Shown piece by piece: positions 1-9,086 of a stretch of DNA of 64,000 nucleotides. Position 1 is the stretch's first letter. Every line of letters starts with the position of its first letter. Both the position numbers and the translations under genes were made by a program. This DNA comes from Candidatus Bathyarchaeota archaeon. Lineage in GTDB: Archaea; Thermoproteota; CALKCG01; B24; DRYS01. The stretch spans positions 4,685-68,684 of the forward strand of contig JANXEK010000005.1 in the NCBI GenBank assembly GCA_025058595.1, read 5' to 3'. The notes under the pieces were generated by a model. It did no database searches. It was not told the DNA's origin and saw nothing but the letters and a program-made list of their open reading frames with translations.

Positions 1-293
1 ATAGAAGCATAGCCCCTCATCCTATAGTCTGGATGCGTACATACACATCCGATAAGACCAACCTTAAATCGTATCCCGTAGAAGTATAGCCAACCTTCCC
101 ATATACTTAGATGAGAAACTATCCTACTATCACACGTTATAACCCTTAGATTCTCTACATTCTCCTCGCAGAATACATGAGGGAAAACTTTATTGATAGA
201 TATCCCATACCTATCGAAACCGAACATCCAGCTTACAAGCTTAACGATCTCAGGAAGTTCTCCAACGATAGCAGCTCTAGGCCCCTCAAACAT
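1..293 (-). CDS. GNAT-family N-acetyltransferase, partial (continues past window start)
   Basis: Minus-strand frame open from ATG at 293 to position 1. Translation MFEGPRAAIVGELPEIVKLVSW...IGCVCTHPDYRMRGYAS carries the GNAT acetyl-CoA motif (hPxYRxxGxA). Missed by the ORF track because no stop lies inside the window. Confidence 0.4.
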   Translation of the reverse strand, partial: MFEGPRAAIVGELPEIVKLVSWMFGFDRYGISINKVFPHVFCEENVENLRVITCDSRIVSHLSIWEGWLYFYGIRFKVGLIGCVCTHPDYRMRGYAS

Positions 294-642
294 GCCCCTC
301 GACCCTATAGAACCTAGAATACACTATATAATATGGCTTACCATAATAATATGGCTTACCATATATGCTAGATTAGCTCTTTAGCCTACGTCAACATTCA
401 GGCGATCTATGGGTAGACGTCTGTCTTTTAGCTTATTTACCGGGCTAATCGTAACCCTAGAAGTTTATATTAATATTAGTTAATCTAGAGAAAGACTGCA
501 TAGATTTAAATAGTTAAAAATCATACAACATATCGGATGGGAAAATGCAGAAAAGTGTAGAGGAAGAGATTCTAAGCATCCTTAGAGAGATTAAAGATCT
601 CCTAACACCGAAGCCTCCCCACCCTCCCCGCCGCCTAAAGGT

Positions 643-897
643 TTGATAGCCGAATTCAAAGATTTCATATCGAAGTATAGGGTTATGGGCATGGCTGTAG
701 CTTTCATCCTGGGTTTATACCTCGGAGCACTAGTTCAATCTCTCGTAAACGATATACTAATGCCCATAATAGAACTCGCAACCCCAGGTATACCTTGGGA
801 AGAGGTTACGGTAGGTCCATTCCGTATAGGTAGCTTCATAGGTAGCCTAACAACATTCCTGATAGTAGCCTTCATAATATTCTTAATCGTAAAATAA
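643..897 (+). CDS. mscL: Large-conductance mechanosensitive channel MscL
   Basis: 84 aa. N-terminal amphipathic helix (EFKDFI), TM1 GMAVAFILGLYLGALVQSLVNDILMP and C-terminal TM2 match the MscL architecture and size. Confidence 0.7.
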   Translation: MIAEFKDFISKYRVMGMAVAFILGLYLGALVQSLVNDILMPIIELATPGIPWEEVTVGPFRIGSFIGSLTTFLIVAFIIFLIVK

Positions 898-1128
898 CGA
901 AGAAATGGGGTATAGAGTAGCCTCAACAATATAAGTTACATTATCCAACATATAACCTATTTTTTCAGGTAAATCTAGCATATATTTCTATGATATTTAA
1001 ATCTTCCTAGCTTTAGCTCTATTTATAAGTTAAAATACTCATAAGAATGTTTAATATATAGGTGTTAGATATCTATTAGATCCTCAATTTAAAGGTAAGA
1101 TTTAATGCAAGTTCTTCGTAAAAATATA

Positions 1129-1845
1129 TTAAGATTCCGTTTTCAATTCACTTATTACTCTCGGGGTTAGATCTCCGCTCCACTTTAAGATCCATATTCC
1201 ATGAGCTTTAGCATATTCCAGAGCTGATGGGATAGCATAATCTGTATATACTACTTTTATGAGTTTAGGTTTCAGTAGATCGGGGCTCATCCGCTTTATA
1301 AGCTCTATCTTCTCCTCCAGCTCTTCTAGTAGCTTAACTCCTAGTCTAACAGCTGCTTCTCCGACTATACAAAGATCGTTAGAAGCTCCGTAGGTGTTCG
1401 GCTCCTTCCTACCCACCCAAACCCTATCTAACGTTAATTCTACCCCTAATTCATTCTTCAACCTAATTCTAACAATATCCCTCGCTTCATCCTCTATACT
1501 CATTGTGACCCTTTCGAAGCTAGTCCTAATTTCGTTTAAATTCACCAATATATTCTCCTGATTTTCTCTTAGATCTTTGACTTCCATCCATAGCTTCTCC
1601 TGATTTTCTCTTAGACTCTTTACCTCGATCCATAGTTTCTCCTGATTCTCCCAAAGCCTCTTCTGCCCCTCATATAGATTCGATATCTTTTCGTGTAGAT
1701 CGATTATATGGGAATCTATAGAATCAAGTCTTTTGATAACCTCAGATAAACCTAGATAACCCGCTATAGCATACCTAAACTCTAAATCCTCTTCAAGCGC
1801 CTTCAATATCCTAGTCTTCTCCTCTTTCGAAAGAGTTTCCATCAC
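1129..1845 (-). CDS. Coiled-coil protein with internal tandem repeats (ENQEKLW heptad-like units) and a C-terminal GEA-motif domain (DUF3782-like, tentative)
   Basis: 238-aa ORF. Three in-frame 42-nt DNA repeats at 1553-1678 encode LRENQEKLWxEVKxL units. C-terminal ~100 aa has the pattern D..CIVGEA..., possibly nuclease-like. Confidence 0.6.
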   Translation of the reverse strand: MMETLSKEEKTRILKALEEDLEFRYAIAGYLGLSEVIKRLDSIDSHIIDLHEKISNLYEGQKRLWENQEKLWIEVKSLRENQEKLWMEVKDLRENQENILVNLNEIRTSFERVTMSIEDEARDIVRIRLKNELGVELTLDRVWVGRKEPNTYGASNDLCIVGEAAVRLGVKLLEELEEKIELIKRMSPDLLKPKLIKVVYTDYAIPSALEYAKAHGIWILKWSGDLTPRVISELKTES

Positions 1846-1976
1846 ACCTACACTCTATATGAAATCTCCCTACCACTCATTATTAAAGTTCACGTAGATA
1901 TCCAAAACATCCGGTATCTGTCTGGATACATGATATTCCTTAAGCGTAAATGGAATGGGTCGGGAGAAGTAAAAAG

Positions 1977-2051
1977 TGGGCCGGGAGAGATTCGAACTCT
2001 CGACCTTCCGGTTATCAGCCGGACGCTCTGACCAGGCTGAGCTACCGGCCC
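1977..2051 (-). tRNA. tRNA-Ile (anticodon GAT)
   Basis: Reverse complement folds as a canonical cloverleaf: GGGCCGG acceptor, GCTC/GAGC D-stem, TCCGG-CTGATAA-CCGGA anticodon arm, GAGAG-TTCGAAT-CTCTC T-arm, discriminator A. No encoded CCA. Confidence 0.85.
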
Positions 2052-2073
2052 TAACGGGTATTTTTGGTAGATC

Positions 2074-2090
2074 CAGGTATAAAGGATTTA
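2074..2090 (-). promoter_or_regulatory. Putative archaeal BRE/TATA box (TTTATA) for tRNA-Ile
   Basis: Minus-strand reading aatcctttatacctg is centred ~29 nt upstream of the tRNA 5' end. Confidence 0.45.
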
Positions 2091-2565
2091 CTTCACCCTT
2101 ACGAGTTTACTTCTACCCATGATCCTCCAATACTCGACTTCCACTCCGGCCGCTAACCTATCCCTTCCTTCTAGATCCTCAGGTATACTTACCTCGAATA
2201 CTTCGAACGTCTCCGTATCCATAATCTGGGCGCTATCGCCTACCACCGATACTATCTGTCCAGTTCTTTTATCTACTATAGGTATATCGATCGTAGCGTC
2301 TACCGGGGATACTATCGATCTTTTAACGTTATCGAATAAACCTATACCTACTATCCGCGCCTTAGCGCTTCCATGTTTCGGAGCCTAGAGGCTTCGATCG
2401 CCTTACTAGGCTTTTCCGGGTTTAGATTTATCTACGGATAACACTCGACATGGCTCCCCATCTATAACCACATACATACCAGGTTTAACAGAACCTACAT
2501 CCGAAGGCCTACTCATAAGCTACCCCCACCTATTCTATCGTTCCTCCAATTTAAAAATGTCTCGT

Positions 2566-3012
2566 CTAAGGGTAGACCACCTTAGGTTCCAGATCTAAGC
2601 TTCTATAGATCGATACTATACTATCTACGGCTAACGATCTATCTAAGCCTAGATAGTGTAGATGAGCTTTACATCCATACTTACAATCAGATGAGCCGAA
2701 GCCTACGATCGGTCTAGCTCTCCTAGATAACATAGATGCTACTCTATGCTCGAAGCTCTGTATACATTCAGCGTAGATTACAGCCTCTAAATCTGCTTCT
2801 AATAGAAGATAGTCTATGTGCCAGAACGGCTTACGTACGCTCCTATCCAGATACCTGGAGATCCTACTTTCTAAGTTGAACCCACCTCTACCCATAGCAG
2901 ACCCGGTATAGCCGTAGAAGCCCCTATCGAAAGCTACCGCTCCAAGCCTACCTACCCTTACGGATCTCCCCGAAGATAATCCTAAGATAACGGTATAGAC
3001 ACCTCTAGACAT
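2566..3012 (-). CDS. GIY-YIG/Uri-superfamily endonuclease (DUF123 family)
   Basis: Motifs GVYTVIL, YTGSAMG, HWHIDYLL and GFGSSDC are typical of archaeal DUF123 GIY-YIG proteins. Confidence 0.7.
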   Translation of the reverse strand: MSRGVYTVILGLSSGRSVRVGRLGAVAFDRGFYGYTGSAMGRGGFNLESRISRYLDRSVRKPFWHIDYLLLEADLEAVIYAECIQSFEHRVASMLSRRARPIVGFGSSDCKYGCKAHLHYLGLDRSLAVDSIVSIYRSLDLEPKVVYP

Positions 3013-3069
3013 ACAGCTGTTATAGTAAGCTTTAGCTATCCCCTATAAGGTTTACAATATCTGTTAGGG

Positions 3070-3645
3070 TTGCTTGAACGTATAAGACGAATAGTAGCAG
3101 GGTATATAGATTCGGTAGCATCGATAGCTGTTAAGCTTAAGCTTACACCTGGATCCATATGCCTGCTAGGCTTACTATCCGCTTCCGCTTCAGGTCTCCT
3201 ATTGTATATGTACGGATCTAAACTCCTCCTATACGCCTCCATACTCATACTGTTATCAGGGTTTATGGATGCGCTCGATGGAGCGGTAGCTAGGTTAACG
3301 AATAGAGTCTCTAAGTTCGGGGCATTCCTAGATTCCACAGTAGATCGAGTGGAAGAATCGATAATACTAGGCGGTATTATACTGGGTGGTTTATGCGATG
3401 CATCTGTAGGCCTAGTAGCTTTAGTGGGGAGCCTTTTGACAAGCTATATGAGAGCTAGGGCTGAATCTATCGGTGTAAACCTTGCAGGCATCGGTTTAGG
3501 CGAGAGAGCTGAACGTATACTCATCCTAGGGCTTCTAACGATGGCTGGATACCCGGATATAGCTATAGCACTAATAGCTGTGGTATCTACGGTTACATCC
3601 ATACATAGATTTCTATACGTCTACGTTAAGTCTAGAAGCTTGTGA
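3070..3645 (+). CDS. CDP-alcohol phosphatidyltransferase (archaetidyl-type lipid synthase family)
   Basis: Signature DALDGAVARLTNRVSKFGAFLDSTVDRV matches D-G-x2-A-R-x8-G-x3-D-x3-D. Multiple TM helices. The overlapping antisense ORF 3036-3338 was judged spurious. Confidence 0.7.
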   Translation: MLERIRRIVAGYIDSVASIAVKLKLTPGSICLLGLLSASASGLLLYMYGSKLLLYASILILLSGFMDALDGAVARLTNRVSKFGAFLDSTVDRVEESIILGGIILGGLCDASVGLVALVGSLLTSYMRARAESIGVNLAGIGLGERAERILILGLLTMAGYPDIAIALIAVVSTVTSIHRFLYVYVKSRSL

Positions 3646-4723
3646 AGCTATCCACAGCCTTCTGATCTAACCTCTTAACAACCTCATATACTAGCTTTAC
3701 GGCGTTAGCTAAATCGGATAAGTTCACCATAGATGTATGCGTATGTATATGTCTTGTAGGAACCCCTACAACTATACTAGGACATCCAGCTCTACTTATA
3801 TGGATCCTCCCAGCATCCGTACCGCCTCTAGCATGGCTAAGCTGATACGGTATCCCGCATTCCTCAGCTACGTTTATAACGAACTCTTTGAAAAGCTGGT
3901 TAGGTATCATAGAGTTATCGTACGTTACTATGGTAGGCCCCCTACCTAGCTTAGCGGGAGCAACCGAAGGTTTAACGTCAGGTATATCCCCGGCTATATC
4001 CACCTCTGCGACTATAGCTACATCAGGATCCACTACATGGGCTACGGTACTCGCTCCTCTTAACCCCACCTCCTCTTGAACCGTAGCAGCTCCATACACC
4101 GTATTAGGATGATCCGTAACCTCCATCTTAAACCTCTTAACAACCTCTAAAGCTATGAAAGCGCCTATCCTATCATCGAAAGCCTTCCCTATCGCAGCCC
4201 TACCACCGTTTATCAATGTGAACGGAGACCAAGGGATTATAGGATCGCCTATCCTAACGCCTAAAGCTTCAGCCTCCTCCCTACTCGATACACCTATATC
4301 TATGAACATATCGCTCATCTTAACAACCTTATCCCTTTCCTCTGGTGTAAGTATATGCGGAGGCTTAGCAGCTATAACCCCCGTCAGATCGCCCTTTCGA
4401 GTCCTTACTAAGACCCTTTGGGATAGTAGCGTCTGATCGAACCATCCTCCTAGAGGATCGAACGATAGGAAGCCCGTATCCTTATCTATACCTGAAACTA
4501 CGAATCCAACTTCATCTATATGTCCAGCTATGAGAACCCTAGGCCTATCCGACGACCCCTTCTTAACGAATATCACAGATCCAAGTTTATCCGTAAACAC
4601 GTGATCAGCATACTTAGAAGCCTCCCCCTTAACTATGGATGCAGTCTCCCTCTCAAACCCCGCCGGACCGAATGAATCGCATAAAGCTTTAAGCACAGAT
4701 ATACTCTCCTCATCCAGATACAT
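3632..4723 (-). CDS. M42-family aminopeptidase (TET/FrvX-like)
   Basis: HIDEVGF metal-binding motif; overall M42 size and motif pattern. Confidence 0.8.
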   Translation of the reverse strand: MYLDEESISVLKALCDSFGPAGFERETASIVKGEASKYADHVFTDKLGSVIFVKKGSSDRPRVLIAGHIDEVGFVVSGIDKDTGFLSFDPLGGWFDQTLLSQRVLVRTRKGDLTGVIAAKPPHILTPEERDKVVKMSDMFIDIGVSSREEAEALGVRIGDPIIPWSPFTLINGGRAAIGKAFDDRIGAFIALEVVKRFKMEVTDHPNTVYGAATVQEEVGLRGASTVAHVVDPDVAIVAEVDIAGDIPDVKPSVAPAKLGRGPTIVTYDNSMIPNQLFKEFVINVAEECGIPYQLSHARGGTDAGRIHISRAGCPSIVVGVPTRHIHTHTSMVNLSDLANAVKLVYEVVKRLDQKAVDSFTSF

Positions 4724-4810
4724 CCCAGGAAGTCACCTCTACGAGAAATAGCATATGCTAGTTGTGGATAAAGCTTATCAATATCCAGGTACGTTAAACT
4801 ATAGGTAGGT

Positions 4811-4936
4811 CCCGCGGTAGCTCAGCCTGGAAGAGCGTCCGGCTGTAGGCCCCGCCCGAGTTTAGGCGGAGTTATATCAGCCTTCCAGGCGACAGAAACC
4901 GGATGGTCGCAGGTTCAAATCCTGCCCGCGGGACCA
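4811..4936 (+). tRNA. tRNA-Tyr (anticodon GTA) with 49-nt intron at canonical 37/38 position (4849-4897); CCA encoded
   Basis: Acceptor CCCGCGG/CCGCGGG, D-arm GCTC-AGCCTGGAA-GAGC, anticodon stem TCCGG...CCGGA with loop CT-GTA-G, then intron, then T-arm GCAGG-TTCAAAT-CCTGC, discriminator A, CCA. Confidence 0.8.
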
Positions 4937-4986
4937 TCTCTCTATATTGATAAGCTTTTATCGTAAAATATCTCCCACCTAATACT

Positions 4987-5532
4987 ATGCCTCGTCATAT
5001 CGTTCTATGGCTTTCGATCCTATCGATATCGATCCCCTTAACCTCCATAGCCATATCCATAGCTCTATCTAGTTGGTTCAGTATAATAGATAACGCTTTA
5101 AGCGATCTAGGTCACGCTACACGTAGCCCTGTAGCTCCTATATTTAACTTTGGGTTGAGTTTAGGCGGTCTTTTAGTATCCATAGTATCGGCGTCATATC
5201 TTGGTAAAGCACATAGGATACTATCTGTAGGCGGGGTTTTAGTAGGATATACACTGATACTAGTCGCCGTATTCGATGAAGTGTATCGAAACCTGCATTT
5301 CACGGTATCCGTAGCATTCTTTCTATCCATAGCTTTAATGCTATCGATCTACGCTTATATCTACAAGAATCTACCGGCGATACTTGCTCTATCTCTAGGG
5401 TTAACAGCATGGATCCTACATCTAGCTTACAGGATACCTAGAGGTGCTGCTATACCTGAGCTAATCTCGGTGATCGTAGTTATACCCTTCTACCTAGATC
5501 TAGCTAGGAAGATCGACTCATCCATGAGTTAA
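4987..5532 (+). CDS. Hypothetical polytopic membrane protein
   Basis: 181 aa, about 6 hydrophobic segments. No recognisable family. Confidence 0.45.
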   Translation: MPRHIVLWLSILSISIPLTSIAISIALSSWFSIIDNALSDLGHATRSPVAPIFNFGLSLGGLLVSIVSASYLGKAHRILSVGGVLVGYTLILVAVFDEVYRNLHFTVSVAFFLSIALMLSIYAYIYKNLPAILALSLGLTAWILHLAYRIPRGAAIPELISVIVVIPFYLDLARKIDSSMS

Positions 5533-5556
5533 CCTACAGCTTCAATACTACCAAGT

Positions 5557-6093
5557 CTACTCGACTCCACCTACCTCCCTCTCTAAGTTTACTATATCGC
5601 TAGGCTTCAATACAGATATACCTGTTACAGGACCTACTACCTCTATGAGAACTATTTTATCTGGATTCTCTAGATCGACCTTCCTATCTATCAGCTTAGC
5701 AGTCTCAGCTATTATCTCCCTACTACCTAGCTGTGTATGCCTCTTCTCGATAGTTATACGGAACTTCTCCTCGTACCTTATAATATCCTTCAGATCTTTA
5801 ACAGCATCCACTATAGCTTCGATCTTAGATTGCACACACCTTTGTATAGGTATAATCCTCCTAACAACCCCTACCCTATCAGGATTCACCTTTACGTAAT
5901 CTCTAATCCTCCTAGCAGCCTCTATAGGATCCAATCTTGTTCTAGCTAGTATAAGCCCGCTAACATCTGTCTCCCACGCTTCAGCTTCACTATCCCCAAC
6001 TTCTGATAGAAGATCCTTTATACCGTATACCGCATCGAACTCAGCTCCTCTAGGACAAGTTACTATAAGGTTAAACACCCTAAGCTCTCTCAT
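5557..6093 (-). CDS. THUMP-domain protein (putative tRNA/RNA-binding)
   Basis: Size and sequence pattern are those of archaeal stand-alone THUMP proteins (N-terminal ferredoxin-like region plus THUMP). Confidence 0.5.
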   Translation of the reverse strand: MRELRVFNLIVTCPRGAEFDAVYGIKDLLSEVGDSEAEAWETDVSGLILARTRLDPIEAARRIRDYVKVNPDRVGVVRRIIPIQRCVQSKIEAIVDAVKDLKDIIRYEEKFRITIEKRHTQLGSREIIAETAKLIDRKVDLENPDKIVLIEVVGPVTGISVLKPSDIVNLEREVGGVE

Positions 6094-6209
6094 CAGTCAT
6101 CACTATACATTTAAACTTGGAACATTATAAGAATTAAACTGTTATCTAAAACCAGAATATCTATAAGGTATAAGGATGGGTAGATTCCCGGTGAGTATGG
6201 AGGTATAAG

Positions 6210-7217
6210 ATGTACATGCATAGAGCATCGATCATAATCCCTGTTAAGAATTGTGAATCGACGATAGCGGATCTTCTATCGTCTATAACTAGCTTAGATT
6301 ACCCTAAAGATCTAGTCGAAGTTATATTGGTCGACGGAGGATCGACCGATAGAACGATCGATATAGCATCCAGATACCCGGTAGAGATAATCGAGGAACC
6401 TGGTTTAGGTCCAGGTTACGGCAGAATGGTAGGCGTCAAACATTCTAGAGGTGATATACTCGCTTTCACCGATGGAGACTGTATAGTTTCGAGCAAGTGG
6501 CTTAAAGCTATATCCAGAGATCTAGAGGATTCATCGATAGGATGCGTAGGTGGAAGTATACTACTAGATAGACGCTACAGTGTAGGATTCTCGGCTAGAT
6601 ATTTCGAGGAATCCATAATAAGAGTTATGCCTCTATCACGTGAAAGGAGAATCTACGATAAGCTACTACCGTTTAAACATCTAGCTTTCGCTAACCTAGC
6701 TACCAGGAGGGATATCCTCGAAGCTCTAGGCGGCATAGATACGGAGTTTAGGACGTTCGAGGATATGGATCTACTGCAACGTATATGTGACCATGGATAT
6801 AAAATCCTCTTCGATCCGGATGTATACGTATGGCATAGACATAGGCAGAGCATCGGGGGATTATTGAAACAGGTTTATAGATACGGATCAGGAGGTCCCA
6901 GGTTTAGAAGGAAGCATCCTCGAAGCATGATAACACGGTGGTATAGGATCGGTCTAATACTATTCTATACGATCTTATCGGCTATATCTACTAGTATAGC
7001 GTTATCATCGTTCTACGGATCCCTACCTGTCGTCATAGCCTCATTACCCATAATCTTAGGGTATACCGGCGACGCCATATACTATCTTCGCAAAACTAAA
7101 TCTACGGTAAAATCTACGGTGTACCCTATACTCGATATAGCTATGATAATATCTTTCTGTCTAGGCGATACAGCATCAAATCTAAAGAGTGTATTACACC
7201 GTGGATCGAAGGCTTAA
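6210..7217 (+). CDS. Family 2 glycosyltransferase with C-terminal TM segments
   Basis: IIIPVKN...VILVDGGSTDRT...DGD motifs (GT-A fold, DxD). C-terminal hydrophobic helices. Confidence 0.75.
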   Translation: MYMHRASIIIPVKNCESTIADLLSSITSLDYPKDLVEVILVDGGSTDRTIDIASRYPVEIIEEPGLGPGYGRMVGVKHSRGDILAFTDGDCIVSSKWLKAISRDLEDSSIGCVGGSILLDRRYSVGFSARYFEESIIRVMPLSRERRIYDKLLPFKHLAFANLATRRDILEALGGIDTEFRTFEDMDLLQRICDHGYKILFDPDVYVWHRHRQSIGGLLKQVYRYGSGGPRFRRKHPRSMITRWYRIGLILFYTILSAISTSIALSSFYGSLPVVIASLPIILGYTGDAIYYLRKTKSTVKSTVYPILDIAMIISFCLGDTASNLKSVLHRGSKA

Positions 7218-7219
7218 TT

Positions 7220-8080
7220 CTACATAGATACATACTCGTGATAGTACTTCTCTATCTCATCCTTAGATAGTCTGCCTCTATGCAACATTATCCTATACCT
7301 GAACTTCACAGATGATCCCTTCTCTATTCTCATACTTCCATCCACATCTTTCTTACCTTCGAAATCTGATAAGCCGAAACAATTAACCGCGAAGAGTCCG
7401 TAAGCTCTTACATGCCAGTATGTAGGATGCCTAGGATTACCTGGATGATCGAGTATAGTTATACCTGCAACCTCTCCGTCAACTCTACCGGTGTAATCGC
7501 ACCATCTAGCCCTCTTACCCCAACATCGAGGTTCACCTACACCACCCTCAGAATTCGTTATTACCCCGCCGCCTACAGATTCTCTCATACTATCTACAAC
7601 CCTTAAAGCTACGGTACCCCCCTCCTTAGTATCGCCTAGAACCACATCGCTATAATCTGCCTGGAACTCTACATCGTAATCTATAAACCTGATATCGCCT
7701 AAAGTCTTCCAGAATACTATAGTCCTACATTCATTCATAAGCTTATCACCAGCCTTAGAAAGCCATATATTCATAGAATTCAACACACACCTATCTCCTC
7801 TTAGGGATACGGTCGGATGATCTACGCACTTTATAAACCCTGCATCAGGTCTTTCACTCCATATATCCACACCGTTTACGCTACCATGAGCCGTCCACAG
7901 CGATCTATGATGTATATGATCCGGCGGTTCATCTCTAGTTATCATAATACCTCCAGGAGCATAGAGAGGATAGAAATACGGTTTACGAACATTCTCGCCA
8001 TACCTGTACACAGCTACTAATACATCATTCTCCGACACTTCTAGGAATCCATTCTTAACCAGACGTATAGAGAATACCAT
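7220..8080 (-). CDS. PmoA-like (DUF6807) family protein
   Basis: Beta-rich sequence with a conserved HHRSLW-type motif. Sits in the usual pairing with a xylose-isomerase-like TIM-barrel gene immediately downstream. Confidence 0.45.
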   Translation of the reverse strand: MVFSIRLVKNGFLEVSENDVLVAVYRYGENVRKPYFYPLYAPGGIMITRDEPPDHIHHRSLWTAHGSVNGVDIWSERPDAGFIKCVDHPTVSLRGDRCVLNSMNIWLSKAGDKLMNECRTIVFWKTLGDIRFIDYDVEFQADYSDVVLGDTKEGGTVALRVVDSMRESVGGGVITNSEGGVGEPRCWGKRARWCDYTGRVDGEVAGITILDHPGNPRHPTYWHVRAYGLFAVNCFGLSDFEGKKDVDGSMRIEKGSSVKFRYRIMLHRGRLSKDEIEKYYHEYVSM

Positions 8081-8097
8081 CCCACACCGCCATCCCC

Positions 8098-8925
8098 CTA
8101 ATACTCTCTGAAGAATTTTTTAAGATTTTCTATACTAACCCTTACAGCTTCGGCAGGATTCTCCTCCCTCCTAAGAATCTCTACAGATACATATCCTTTA
8201 AACCCTATACTCCTCAAGCTTCTAACGACCGCTCTATAGTCAGCGGATCCGAATCCAGGTCCACCCATGTTATCATCGTTAGCATGGAAATGCGTAAGAT
8301 ATGCTCCCCCCTTTTCTATCTGTCTATCTATAGGTTCATCGACCCCCGTCATAGCGTATACATCTAGTATAAGCCTGAAATTTGGATGACCTACATCTTC
8401 GATAAGCCTGATGGCTTCATCCACCGTATTTATGAAATTAGTCATATCTCTTCTCAAAGGCTCTATACATATGTAGACGTTAAACTGCTCGGCGTACTGT
8501 GAGCATCTCCTAAATATATCTACAGTCCACATCCATGCATCCATAGGATCGACCCCTCTAGGTATACTCCTCTGAGCTGGGGAGCCGAATACTATGATCC
8601 TACCTCCGATATCGCTACAGAAATCTATAAGCGCCCTCAGATAGGATTCAGTCTTACCTCTAACAGTAGGATCCGGGCTTGTCAGGTGAACACCGCTAAC
8701 ACCCCTAAGAACCCAGTGTATGCCTACGATATCTAAGCCGAAGCTTTCAGCATCCTCCTTTATAGATCTCCTCATCCTTCCACCTATATCTGTAACCTTC
8801 TCAGCTATAGTATAAGGGGCTATCTCAACGCCATCATATCCGACTTTAGATACGTACCCAAAAACCTGCTTAAGATCCCATCCCTCGAATATCTCGTTAC
8901 ATACGGCAAACCTAGTCATACCCAT
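8098..8925 (-). CDS. Sugar phosphate isomerase/epimerase (xylose isomerase-like TIM barrel)
   Basis: Pattern matches AP-endonuclease family 2 / xylose-isomerase-like fold (…GYDGVEI…, H…D…E ligand spacing). Confidence 0.65.
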   Translation of the reverse strand: MGMTRFAVCNEIFEGWDLKQVFGYVSKVGYDGVEIAPYTIAEKVTDIGGRMRRSIKEDAESFGLDIVGIHWVLRGVSGVHLTSPDPTVRGKTESYLRALIDFCSDIGGRIIVFGSPAQRSIPRGVDPMDAWMWTVDIFRRCSQYAEQFNVYICIEPLRRDMTNFINTVDEAIRLIEDVGHPNFRLILDVYAMTGVDEPIDRQIEKGGAYLTHFHANDDNMGGPGFGSADYRAVVRSLRSIGFKGYVSVEILRREENPAEAVRVSIENLKKFFREY

Positions 8926-9086
8926 CTCGAATCACATCGATCCTCATAAAGCATGTATAGAGTATTTAAAAGTTGTAGATCGGAATTCTTCCCGCATACT
9001 GCGGCCGTCTATAAGGTTTACTACTGCTCAGATATGCGCATTAAAACAGTAAAGCTTAACTATAAGCTAATAAAGAACCTATACTC

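Noticed and set aside
331-363. Direct repeat aatatggcttaccata x2
   Set aside because: Two short copies in the 3' region of the partial GNAT gene or its flank. Too short to mean anything without more copies.
193-384. 63-aa plus-strand ORF
   Set aside because: Overlaps the better-supported minus-strand GNAT partial CDS and has a low-complexity translation.
3036-3338. 100-aa minus-strand ORF
   Set aside because: Antisense to the CDP-alcohol phosphatidyltransferase gene, which has a clear signature motif.
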